In this document: piece by piece, positions 37,125 through 46,489 of the stretch
Layout of the letters: each line of letters begins with the position of its first letter
Numbering within the stretch: position 1 is the stretch's first letter
The notes under the pieces: generated by a model
Told to the model about the DNA's origin: nothing
Database searches by the model: none
Seen by the model: only the letters and a program-made list of their open reading frames with translations
Program-made: the position numbers and the translations under genes
Source: a virus
DNA length: 64,000 nucleotides
Direction: 5' to 3' (one strand)
IMG/VR virus record: IMGVR_UViG_3300005613_000046
Coordinates: 8,052-72,051 of that record

Positions 37125-37649
37125 TTATAGTGATTTTGAGTATTCTTCTAACTTTTGTTTTTCTAATTCCGATAATGAGTCCATTCCTTCTTGACTGATC
37201 TTATCAAGTAATTCGTCAAGTGTCATATTACATACTTCATTTTTTTTAATATTTAATATGAAATCCGCAATATCAAAAAACCCATCAGGATTTTTATTAA
37301 GATCAATTTTTGGTATTCTTAATTTTTTTTGTTTTGGTTTTGGCGTGGTATTCTTTAACGATAATAAATCGTTTAGGTTGTCTTCGTCCAAATTTGAAAC
37401 CGTTTTTGTTGGTTTTTTGGTTAAAAAATATTCAAACCCTCCCACTTCTTCATTAATAAAGAATAATACATCTTGGATATCCTCAATTGGTCCTTTAGCA
37501 TCAAAATGAAAAATGGCGTGTTTTGGTCCATACAAGAACTTAACAGTTCCTGATGCCAAATTTTCTGAGATCATTGTTGCAATTTGTTGTGTTTTGTTTT
37601 CAGAGTCCTCAATCGTCTCGTCGTAATAAGAAAAAAGTAAGTAATTCAT
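37125..37649 (-). CDS. Protein with C-terminal DUF6576-like helical domain
   Basis: LDELLDKISQEGMDSLSELEKQKL; TATATTTG at 37671-37678. Confidence 0.6.
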   Translation of the reverse strand: MNYLLFSYYDETIEDSENKTQQIATMISENLASGTVKFLYGPKHAIFHFDAKGPIEDIQDVLFFINEEVGGFEYFLTKKPTKTVSNLDEDNLNDLLSLKNTTPKPKQKKLRIPKIDLNKNPDGFFDIADFILNIKKNEVCNMTLDELLDKISQEGMDSLSELEKQKLEEYSKSL

Positions 37650-37720
37650 GTGTGTTTTTTAATTGTTCTACAAATATACGAATAAAATTCAGTTTTGTTT
37701 CAACTGATTGACATTTTTTT

Positions 37721-38140
37721 TTACTCAAATGAGTAATCATATGTTAAAGCATCGTGACAAACAATATTCTTGTTTACGATCTCTAATATTTCAGGTGTCG
37801 GTTCAGGACCTGCCAGTCGTTTTCTACATTCAATAACATTATCTTCCATAAGTTCAACACCATATGTGGTTCTAAGGGCCTGTTCTATAGAACATCCACT
37901 TCGTTCCATCTTTCTAATAACAACCTCAGATAAGAATTGTCCATCACCACATGAGTTATCTAAGAATGTTTTATTTGGGTCTGAAAATAAAGTGGGATCA
38001 CTTTCTTCTAACTTATCTAACATTTCTTGAACTAAGTGTTGTGGTGTAAAAACTTCTGCAGTTTGTTTTATACGAAGTTTGTCACGATCAACACCTGACA
38101 TATATACTCTATTTCTAATATGTTGGGTGTAACTATTCAT
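37721..38140 (-). CDS. Short N6-methyltransferase-like protein (SAM-binding half only)
   Basis: TAEVFTP, FLDNSCGDGQFL, YGVE and DAL motifs; ends before any NPPY; start MNSYTQ overlaps the upstream stop. Confidence 0.75.
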   Translation of the reverse strand: MNSYTQHIRNRVYMSGVDRDKLRIKQTAEVFTPQHLVQEMLDKLEESDPTLFSDPNKTFLDNSCGDGQFLSEVVIRKMERSGCSIEQALRTTYGVELMEDNVIECRKRLAGPEPTPEILEIVNKNIVCHDALTYDYSFE

Positions 38141-39347
38141 CAATAAACTCCCTCCAAAAATCTTTTCTAAATTTAGAAACAACTTTATGATTAACAGTCA
38201 ACTGACCAACAGCACACAACTCCATTAGATCTTTAAACTTTTTACTGTCAAGTGCCTTTTTAATATTAGATAAATTTCCAACATCATCGACGATTGCGTA
38301 TGCAAATTGTGTTAATCCATATTCGCCAGTTTCATCCACGTAATTACCAATAGATGAAATACGACCATTACTCCAAATAACTTTTGGTTTACCAAAATGA
38401 CCTTTTTGATTAGTTGATGAATAATAAAAAGTTGGTTGACTTAAATAATCAACAGTATAAACAATAGGATAGATATAATCATCTGTTTGAGTTTTTGACA
38501 TCCATTTTTTACGAGTTTCATAATCAGAATAACTATGAATCATTTCAACGGTTTTTTCACCTTCTTTTGCAAATAAAATAGATAATAAATCGATTCCCCC
38601 ATTTGGTATAAACTCTAATTCGTCCAAAACTAATTGTTTAACTTGACCATCTTGAAATCTAACAGTAGTTTCCGATCCATTATTTGGTGTGTTTTGGAGT
38701 ACGTAATAATCATAACGTGTTTCCGCTCCAAATGTTTTCATACCATCTTTTTCATTATGAATTGATAAGAATGACACTTTTTTAGATCGTATTACTTCTT
38801 GAACGTCTTTAAATTTACCTGTAATATTTCTCCAACCGGATGGATGAATTAGTGATAGATAACCCCCTTCAGTTAATAAATCTATAGATATGTGAAAAAA
38901 TTTATTCCACAATGGTTCTGTTTTTTTAGGTCCCACTTTTTCTTGATATGGCGAATTTCCAATTACAACATCAAATCTCATTTTAGTCTTATACAATAAG
39001 TAATCCCCTTCGATTACATTTATAAATCCCTGTCTACGTAATTGTCGACAGAGCCACGGGTTTATTTCATTTAAGTATAACATATTTTCTAAAATATGTC
39101 TACTTCTTTCCTCATTATTTATAAATATCGTTGAAAGTCCTTCCATGTATCTCCAATAAAGAATGATGGCATGTGTTCCGTGACCCGCAGCGGGTATTAA
39201 CCATTTTGTATTTGGAATGGTATAATCACACGGTATCTTATCTATTTGATTCTCACATAACCAAATAGGTGTAGGTCCATCAATACCTTCAAATCCCCTG
39301 AAGTATTCAGAGTTACGATCGGATTTAAGTTTATCAATTGTAATCAT
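38133..39347 (-). CDS. Eco57I/gamma-class adenine DNA methyltransferase
   Basis: IPAAGHG motif I; FDVVIGNSPY motif IV; GYLSLIHPSGW; C-terminal TRD-like region; TATATTTG at 39352-39359. Confidence 0.8.
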   Translation of the reverse strand: MITIDKLKSDRNSEYFRGFEGIDGPTPIWLCENQIDKIPCDYTIPNTKWLIPAAGHGTHAIILYWRYMEGLSTIFINNEERSRHILENMLYLNEINPWLCRQLRRQGFINVIEGDYLLYKTKMRFDVVIGNSPYQEKVGPKKTEPLWNKFFHISIDLLTEGGYLSLIHPSGWRNITGKFKDVQEVIRSKKVSFLSIHNEKDGMKTFGAETRYDYYVLQNTPNNGSETTVRFQDGQVKQLVLDELEFIPNGGIDLLSILFAKEGEKTVEMIHSYSDYETRKKWMSKTQTDDYIYPIVYTVDYLSQPTFYYSSTNQKGHFGKPKVIWSNGRISSIGNYVDETGEYGLTQFAYAIVDDVGNLSNIKKALDSKKFKDLMELCAVGQLTVNHKVVSKFRKDFWREFIDE

Positions 39348-39364
39348 ACTACAAATATATAAAA

Positions 39365-41650
39365 TTAAAATTTCTCAGCATAATTTTTGAAATAGAAGTC
39401 CATTTCATATTGATCAATAAAACCAACATTATTCCAATATTTTTCAAATGTAGATTGAGAAATACCAAAAGCACCTAGAAACATTCCTTCCAAATCTCGG
39501 TAAGTATCTAATAAACCATTTAAAGTTTCACACCCTTCAGATTTTAAAACATAGGGGACACGCGACATAATCGTAGCCCATTTTTCTTTAATGTCCTCAA
39601 ATTCCTGTTTAGTAATATTTTTAACTTCGGTATTAGTATTAATATTCTTATTGTTTTTACCACCATCAATCCCATTATTATTTAGTACGAGAGATTCTTT
39701 TGAAGAGTTCTTTTTTTCAACATTACTTAAATCCGAAGTCATATTCTCCAAATCAATACCGTCCCAAGACATCAAATACCCGATTGATCTCATCATATTA
39801 CCAAAGTTGTAAGATTCGGTTTTAAGAGTATCAAAATTAACATCAACCATTTCATTTACGGCACCTCCAATCATGATGTTAAAGTTCTTATACCATTGAC
39901 GGAGAATATTGTCTTTTTCTTCACCTTTTAATCCATTAATTTTCATTCTTTCATTCTGAATTAAAAAATGACGCTGAGGATTCATGTCATAGAAATAAGC
40001 CCTTTTATTTGGATTATTACTATCGGGATTAGTTGGTCTGAAAGCAAATTGTAGATATTTGAACATTGATGTCCCATCTGACATATTAATGGCACAATCC
40101 CACTCAGGAACAGTTTCACCTTCAATCAACATGTCCGAAAGAAGAGTAATAGTTTTTTTACCACTCAAAAGAGCCTTATCCAATTGACTTCTATTAAAGG
40201 TTTTACCTGTTGCCGCAACAATAACATAATCCTCATTTAACTCTGAACCATCCAAAAGTTGTTTAACCATTTTCGTACCGTCTACATTTGAAGGCATCAT
40301 GATAACAACGTGATTGTGTTTACCAAAAAAATTATATGTATCATCAAATTTGTTAGTATAACCAAAAAAATCCTTAAAAAATTTCAGAACAGATTGGTGA
40401 TAAATTAAACCATTCTTGTTATTCGAAAAAAACTTTGTAAATGTAAAATATCCTGTTTCATCATTTACACATTTTTTGTAGTCACCGACACTAACCTCTG
40501 AAAGTTTAATGAGTTGAGTTTTTAAAATAATAGCATCACTCCAAACACCATTCTTTTTATCTTCTTTCTGAGATACTTCATCGTAGATGAACGTATTTTC
40601 ATCATTGAACTGTAACTTACCCGTTTGTTTCTGTGGAGTACCTGAGATAAATATCTTACGGGTTTCTTTAAATTTATTAAGAAACTTTTGTCCTTTTTCG
40701 GTTTCTACACCATTATGTGATTCATCAATAATAATAAAATCCCAGTCTTGGTTCTCAATAAAAATTAACACATCTTCGTTCTTATCATTTTCCAATAATT
40801 GTTTACTAGCGGTAACGATACATTTATTTGGTAAATCTTTGATGTCCTTTGATAATTTTAATGAAACATATTCATAGTCCGAAAACTTAATATGGTTATT
40901 AACGTCAGTCTCAAGTGAACGAAAAACACCAGGTTTATTAGTCCATACAAGAATACGTGCGGTTGTATTTTTCTTCAGAATCTCAACAACTGAATAAAGA
41001 AATGTAAAGTTTTTACCAAATCTCATAATTGCACCCAAAAGAAATTCTTTATACATTCCTTTAGTAAATGCATTAACCATCTTTTCAATCGCATGTTTTT
41101 GCGGAATACGAGGTTCATACGTTTCTTTTTTTCCACCATCAAAAAGGTAATTATACACCAACTCAATAAGTTCATCAAGATTTTTATTCAACCAATATTC
41201 ATCACCATCAAAACCATCGTGTGAGATAAACCCATTGTCTTTTCGGATTTTCTCTTCAAGTTGTCTTACTGTTTTAACCCCAAATTTATTCAAAATATCA
41301 TTACTTACCGTAATAACATCAATAACAACAAAAGGGTCTTTAATATTGTAACGGTCACGAGACGAACCAATGGTTTCACCAATAGGTAATTCAGCCTTAC
41401 CTAATTTAGGTACCGATTTACCCATATATTTTTTCAATTGTGATAATGGAACACCAATGTAAAGATATTTCCCTTTTGAATGGAAACAATCATTATTTGG
41501 GTCCATAGTGGTTAAGACACGACCATTTGATTTAGGTACAGTTACCAAACCTAACATTCCTCTTTCGACTTTTGAAAGTAAGTCTTTGATTCTTTTAGTT
41601 CTTTCTGCGGAACGTTGTTTTTGTGTTGGTTTGTGTTTAGATTTCGTCAT
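39365..41650 (-). CDS. Restriction-type SF2 helicase/ATPase with possible N-terminal GIY-YIG/T5orf172-like domain
   Basis: AIMRFGKN Walker A, IIDESH, ISGTP, EGETVPEWD and YLQFAFR motifs; N-terminal YLYIG..IGET..R..E..GDEYW; start MTKSKH after TATCTTTG at 41674-41681. Confidence 0.75.
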   Translation of the reverse strand: MTKSKHKPTQKQRSAERTKRIKDLLSKVERGMLGLVTVPKSNGRVLTTMDPNNDCFHSKGKYLYIGVPLSQLKKYMGKSVPKLGKAELPIGETIGSSRDRYNIKDPFVVIDVITVSNDILNKFGVKTVRQLEEKIRKDNGFISHDGFDGDEYWLNKNLDELIELVYNYLFDGGKKETYEPRIPQKHAIEKMVNAFTKGMYKEFLLGAIMRFGKNFTFLYSVVEILKKNTTARILVWTNKPGVFRSLETDVNNHIKFSDYEYVSLKLSKDIKDLPNKCIVTASKQLLENDKNEDVLIFIENQDWDFIIIDESHNGVETEKGQKFLNKFKETRKIFISGTPQKQTGKLQFNDENTFIYDEVSQKEDKKNGVWSDAIILKTQLIKLSEVSVGDYKKCVNDETGYFTFTKFFSNNKNGLIYHQSVLKFFKDFFGYTNKFDDTYNFFGKHNHVVIMMPSNVDGTKMVKQLLDGSELNEDYVIVAATGKTFNRSQLDKALLSGKKTITLLSDMLIEGETVPEWDCAINMSDGTSMFKYLQFAFRPTNPDSNNPNKRAYFYDMNPQRHFLIQNERMKINGLKGEEKDNILRQWYKNFNIMIGGAVNEMVDVNFDTLKTESYNFGNMMRSIGYLMSWDGIDLENMTSDLSNVEKKNSSKESLVLNNNGIDGGKNNKNINTNTEVKNITKQEFEDIKEKWATIMSRVPYVLKSEGCETLNGLLDTYRDLEGMFLGAFGISQSTFEKYWNNVGFIDQYEMDFYFKNYAEKF

Positions 41651-41684
41651 CTTTTGTTTATTTAATGGTATTACAAAGATATAT

Positions 41685-41713
41685 AAAAAAACCAAACTCA
41701 CATGAATTTGGTT
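41685..41713 (-). terminator. Probable terminator after the Rad50-like gene
   Basis: AACCAAA..TTTGGTT imperfect hairpin plus U tract. Confidence 0.45.
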
Positions 41714-41737
41714 AAAAAATTTAAATAATTTTTTAAT

Positions 41738-44110
41738 TTACAAAACTTTAGAGAGATTATTCTCTTTTTTAATTTTAACTACATAATCATTCATCTGAGT
41801 CACTAATGGATTATGACTTATAATAAAAATTTTATCAAAATATTCTTTAATTTTAACAAAAAACTCGGTAACCATTTCAAGGTTTTCATTACTTATTTTA
41901 CCAAACACCTCATCGAATACAATAATCCCGGGATGTGGTAAAGTACATATCTTACTAAGTACCGATCTCAATGCCAAAGACGATATTGTTTTTTCAAATC
42001 CCGAACCACTGGTCATTAACTTCTCAATTCCCGTGCCATTGTCAATTTGAACAAATTCAACTTCATTTTTGTCAGATATTCTAATTTCAAGTTTGAAATA
42101 ACAAGAGTCTTCCATTAGTCGTTGGAGTTCTGAGTTGATTAAAGGCATCATGGTTTTCATTATGATTTTAGAAACGCCATTTTTACCAAAAGCTTCAAGA
42201 TAGATTTTATAAATCTTTTCTTTCTCTTCTTCCTCTTTGATTTTAACAATCATCTTCTTATTGTTTTCAATCTTCTCTTCTAACGAAGAAATGGAAACTT
42301 TGTTACCAGAAATTAAAGAATTTATTTTTGTTTTTTCTCTTTCAAGTTCCTCAAGTCTTAAATCCGCCTTAATCAACTGACCTTCAATTTTTTGATTTTC
42401 AGAAATCTTGTCCTGAATTTCTTCCCACCTTTTAAGTTTGTCTTTCAACGAACTTATTTTCAAATCACAACTTTCAACTGAAATTTCATACTTTTCTTTA
42501 ACTAGTTTGTTTTTTTCATATTCATCAAACTCCTTTTTTAACTGAACAAAACTTTGTTCTTTGACGGATAATTCCGTCATAAGTGTCGTTTTTGTGGTTT
42601 TTTGCACAATTAACCCATCTAACTCCGCAATTTTAGAATTTGTGATTGCTGCGTTCATTAACTCAATTCCGCAGTGAGCACATTTAATTCCGCCCTCTAC
42701 TTCAGACTTTAATTTATTAATTGATGAAATTTCCGTATCAATCTGAATGATCTCTTTATAAACCTCGTTGTATTGTTCTTTAACCTCATCGTGTTTATCC
42801 TCGTGATAATACTCACTTGGTTCAACAACTTTAAGTTCGTTGATTTTAGAAATATAACCCTTCTTTTCAAAATCAATCGTGTTGATCTCTTCTTGAACTT
42901 GAGTCGGATTTAATCTACTAATTTCTTGATCAATGTTGGAATGTTTTTTCTTTAACATGTCATCACGATAAGTTTTACCTTTGGTGATTGCATCTTCAAC
43001 ATTAGATAATTCTTTTTTACTATCCTCTATTTGAGTGTTAAGTGTTTGAATTGATGTTTGGTGAGTTGTGATATCATCTTTTAATTGTTCAGATGAATAT
43101 ACATTTGACAATTTTTGCTTTGAGAACTCTCCGTAGATTTCTTTTGCAACTTCTTCTTTCTTTTTTAAAAACTCAAGTCCCATAAATCTTGATAATACCT
43201 GACCCCGAGCAGTTGGCTTTGACTCCAACAATTCTTCAAGGTTTGATCCTGTTGTTAGAATTGTCATTAAGAAGTCTTCTTTAGTTCCGATTGATGTTTT
43301 GATAAACGCTTCGGTTTCTCTTCTTTGTTCTCCTGTAAAGTTCAATAAAGTTCCATCAGATAGTTTTTTAAAGAAGTCCAATTCGGTTTTAACATTCCAT
43401 TCACCCTTTTTGGACATCTTTCTTTCAATGTTTCTAACAATCACATAATCTTCACCATCAATTGTGATTTCACCTTTCACATGAACTTTATCTTTGTTTG
43501 AAAATCTGTTGAATATCTCTTCAGCCTTTGTTGTCTTTGTTGTTTCATTAAAGAATAAGAACATTAAAAGATCCACCGTTAATACGGTTTTACCCCCGAA
43601 ATTTGGTGGATCTGACTCTACCACTACAATACCATTTAACTTATCAAAATCTAATCTTTGATTTTCACCATAAGATAAAAAGTTTGAGAACTCAATGTTT
43701 CTAATATACCACTTTTTAAACTGAGACTGGTTTTCTTCATCACCATTCATTTTGTTTTCAACCATTCTGTTGATTGACAAAATATCATCAGTCTTATCTT
43801 TGTGTCCTTTTGACTCAATGAAGTTCTTTAATAGATCCAATTGATAGTTTGCATCACTGATGTTTACTGAAACATCAATAGATTGCATATCCTCAGTTTG
43901 AGTTGTTTTTGCTTTCGTTAAAACATTCACATTGGTTGTGTTATACTTTTTTGAAAAGTAATGTTTAACACTTTTGATTTTATCTTGTGTGAAGTTTTCT
44001 GCGAAGTCTTCCCAAACAACTTGTATAATGGGATTTTCAAAACTTGAAAAGTCCAAATCTTTTATCATGATTTTATAATTAAATAATTTTGGCGGATTAA
44101 ATAAATCCAT
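41738..44110 (-). CDS. sbcC: Rad50/SbcC (T4 gp46-like) recombination ATPase
   Basis: FSNFLSYG, NFGGKT Walker A, CAHC zinc hook, SGFE signature, VFDE and ISH motifs. Confidence 0.92.
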   Translation of the reverse strand: MDLFNPPKLFNYKIMIKDLDFSSFENPIIQVVWEDFAENFTQDKIKSVKHYFSKKYNTTNVNVLTKAKTTQTEDMQSIDVSVNISDANYQLDLLKNFIESKGHKDKTDDILSINRMVENKMNGDEENQSQFKKWYIRNIEFSNFLSYGENQRLDFDKLNGIVVVESDPPNFGGKTVLTVDLLMFLFFNETTKTTKAEEIFNRFSNKDKVHVKGEITIDGEDYVIVRNIERKMSKKGEWNVKTELDFFKKLSDGTLLNFTGEQRRETEAFIKTSIGTKEDFLMTILTTGSNLEELLESKPTARGQVLSRFMGLEFLKKKEEVAKEIYGEFSKQKLSNVYSSEQLKDDITTHQTSIQTLNTQIEDSKKELSNVEDAITKGKTYRDDMLKKKHSNIDQEISRLNPTQVQEEINTIDFEKKGYISKINELKVVEPSEYYHEDKHDEVKEQYNEVYKEIIQIDTEISSINKLKSEVEGGIKCAHCGIELMNAAITNSKIAELDGLIVQKTTKTTLMTELSVKEQSFVQLKKEFDEYEKNKLVKEKYEISVESCDLKISSLKDKLKRWEEIQDKISENQKIEGQLIKADLRLEELEREKTKINSLISGNKVSISSLEEKIENNKKMIVKIKEEEEKEKIYKIYLEAFGKNGVSKIIMKTMMPLINSELQRLMEDSCYFKLEIRISDKNEVEFVQIDNGTGIEKLMTSGSGFEKTISSLALRSVLSKICTLPHPGIIVFDEVFGKISNENLEMVTEFFVKIKEYFDKIFIISHNPLVTQMNDYVVKIKKENNLSKVL

Positions 44111-44112
44111 TT

Positions 44113-44397
44113 TTATTCTTCTGTCGGTAGTTCCTCTTCAAATTCTTTATTAATTTTTGCCGAGGCTTCTTCATTTGGTGTAAATTTGAATGCGTGTTCG
44201 ATAGCCTTATCTTCAACAACTTCAAAGTTGACTTCCTGACCTTTATTTTCAATCGTGAAGTCTTTTTCTTCTTTCATTTTTTCTAATTGTTGCTGAAGAA
44301 GTAAATCAAATGCTTTTTGCATTCCTGATTTTTGTTGTTTAATTTTTGCATTTCTTTTTGCAACTTTTGCTCTGTGTTCTTTTGCCGCTTTTCCCAT
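44113..44397 (-). CDS. Hypothetical protein with basic N-terminus
   Basis: Start placed at MGKAAKEHRAKVAKRN. Confidence 0.65.
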   Translation of the reverse strand: MGKAAKEHRAKVAKRNAKIKQQKSGMQKAFDLLLQQQLEKMKEEKDFTIENKGQEVNFEVVEDKAIEHAFKFTPNEEASAKINKEFEEELPTEE

Positions 44398-44410
44398 TTT
44401 GTTTTGATTA

Positions 44411-44761
44411 TTAATTATTACTTGGTCTATTTTCTTCAAACCATTCGATTATTCCGTTAATTGCCCATACCGCCCCTGCAGAAGTGATACCGTCAAAAAA
44501 CCAAGAATACCAAATTGGTGTGTTAAACATATGATTTGTAGGTGAAAAAATCAATAAGGATAAAACAAATCCTCCCCATGTTGAAAAACATAAAGGGCAA
44601 TTTATAATCCCTGATAAAAATTTTCCAAGAAAACTGAAAGGTAAATTTTGTCCGTCTCTCCATCTTCCTAAAAAATCTCTTAGTCCTTGAAATATTGATC
44701 CGTAGACCATAATGTTCATTAATCCATAACTCATGATGAACCATACTAAAACTTGTGTCAT
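44411..44761 (-). CDS. DUF1360-like membrane protein
   Basis: Hydrophobic helices with CPLCFSTW. Confidence 0.6.
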   Translation of the reverse strand: MTQVLVWFIMSYGLMNIMVYGSIFQGLRDFLGRWRDGQNLPFSFLGKFLSGIINCPLCFSTWGGFVLSLLIFSPTNHMFNTPIWYSWFFDGITSAGAVWAINGIIEWFEENRPSNN

Positions 44762-45729
44762 ATTCGTCTATTTAAATTTGATCCCCTAAGTAGATAAGCC
44801 TGATTTTGGTTACCATTCAAAAGGTCTCGGTTTATTTTTTCTAATTCTTTTATTTGTTCGTTTTTTTGTTGTAATTCACCTCTTATATTTTGAATTGTTT
44901 GTTGAAGTAATTTTACCTTGTCGTTATCTTCTTTAATGTCTAACTTTTGTCTAAGTTCGTCTAAAGTTTGGCTAAGTTCATCTAGTTCTTCGTTCTTTTT
45001 AGCTGTTTCATTTTCCAACTGTTCGATTTTTCCGAATAGTTCATTTTCAATTTTTTGGTCACGAATGTATTCTATATTTGTGACAATTTTTTCAACTGGA
45101 ACTTCAACAATCTTTTCAACTTCTTTAACGATCTCAACAATTCTATCCACCGGAACTTCAACAATCTTTTCTATTGGTGGTTTATTCTGTAGTCGTTCAA
45201 TCTTATTTGATAGTTCTTTTATTTGTTCATCGTCCGTAATGTAAATTTCTTTTTCAATTACTCGATCAACAGGGACTTCTTTTATAACCTCTTGAATAAC
45301 GACTTTTTCAACAGGTATTTCTTTGGTCACTTCAACTATCTTTTCGACTATTCTATCAATTGGAACTTCAACGATTTTTTCAACTTCTTTGATTACTTCC
45401 ACCGGAACTTCTTTGATAATCTCAACTGGGACTTCAACTTCTTTAACAACTTCAACAATTCTATCAACAGGAACCTCAACAATTTTCTCTACCTCTTTTA
45501 TCACTTCAACAGGTATTTCTACTCGTTTTTCAACAATTACCTCTTTAATTAAGTCTTTTTCACCATCATTAAGTGTTTTTCCTAAAAGTCCATATCTTTT
45601 AATATCGAACCCTTGTTTAAAACATAGATACATGAAGTTATCCACATCTTTAATTTCTTGTGATTCACAAAATGCAGACACTGCCTGCATTATTTCTTTA
45701 TTAAAGATTTTGGAGTTTTTCGATTCCAT
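44758..45729 (-). CDS. Soluble alveolin/articulin-like VPV-repeat protein with C-terminal coiled coil
   Basis: Many EKIVEVP and VPVDRI repeats; heptad tail. Confidence 0.75.
   Translation of the reverse strand: MESKNSKIFNKEIMQAVSAFCESQEIKDVDNFMYLCFKQGFDIKRYGLLGKTLNDGEKDLIKEVIVEKRVEIPVEVIKEVEKIVEVPVDRIVEVVKEVEVPVEIIKEVPVEVIKEVEKIVEVPIDRIVEKIVEVTKEIPVEKVVIQEVIKEVPVDRVIEKEIYITDDEQIKELSNKIERLQNKPPIEKIVEVPVDRIVEIVKEVEKIVEVPVEKIVTNIEYIRDQKIENELFGKIEQLENETAKKNEELDELSQTLDELRQKLDIKEDNDKVKLLQQTIQNIRGELQQKNEQIKELEKINRDLLNGNQNQAYLLRGSNLNRRI
45070..45545 (-). repeat. Coding tandem VPV repeats
   Basis: Same repeat vocabulary as 34030-34420. Confidence 0.85.
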
Positions 45730-46480
45730 TTTCAATATCTTCGAATGACTTTATGGAGAATTTCATAAATGGTTTTGGGTTTGGTAGATCAACATAAGAA
45801 TATTCTTTTGTTTCAACATCATAAATTCCATAACCATGTCTTCCAATACTTTCTCCAATGTTCTGTTGAATTGGTGAACCGATCATATATCCCTTCCCTG
45901 TTTTGAATTTGAACTCTTGGCGTTTATGAATATCACCACATAATACTGCTTCAAGTCCATCAAACTTTTCAACGTCATATGCCTCTTCACCAAAATCAAA
46001 ACCAAGATCAGTTTTCATTCCTTGTATTGGTCCGTGAAATAAACCAATTCTCACACCTTTAGCATCTGTAATGTCAGGTGGAATGTTTCCTTGATATTGT
46101 GAATATACACACCAACTAATATTATCATCTTCATAAACACCTCTATCTTTATAATAAACAATATTTTTACTATTAAGTGAGTTAATAATTGGTGATAGAG
46201 CATCCAATCTTTCAGTATTATTTACCAAAAAGTCGTGATTACCAGGTATGATAATTGTTTTTGCAATAAACGAACATTCAGTTAAAATCCAACTAACCAT
46301 TTCAATAAGTTCAGGTGTCATTTGGTTTTTAGAATGAACCAAATCGCCCGTAAAAACGATGCGATCAGGTTCTAATTCTCTCCATTGTTCAATTGCGGTT
46401 TCTAAAATAGACTTATATAGATCGTGATCTTTGAATAGTCTAATGTGTAGATCAGAAAAATGTATTAGTTTTTTAATCAT
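45701..46480 (-). CDS. sbcD: Mre11/SbcD (T4 gp47-like) nuclease
   Basis: SDLH, TGD, PGNHD, FHG, GDIH and GSPIQQNIGE motifs; near the Rad50-like gene. Confidence 0.88.
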   Translation of the reverse strand: MIKKLIHFSDLHIRLFKDHDLYKSILETAIEQWRELEPDRIVFTGDLVHSKNQMTPELIEMVSWILTECSFIAKTIIIPGNHDFLVNNTERLDALSPIINSLNSKNIVYYKDRGVYEDDNISWCVYSQYQGNIPPDITDAKGVRIGLFHGPIQGMKTDLGFDFGEEAYDVEKFDGLEAVLCGDIHKRQEFKFKTGKGYMIGSPIQQNIGESIGRHGYGIYDVETKEYSYVDLPNPKPFMKFSIKSFEDIENGIEKLQNL

Positions 46481-46489
46481 AATTTTTAA

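Noticed and set aside
34030-45545. Repeat arrays as possible CRISPR arrays or DGR repeats
   Set aside because: They are in-frame, degenerate at third codon positions and have no unique spacers; no cas1/cas2 or reverse transcriptase is present
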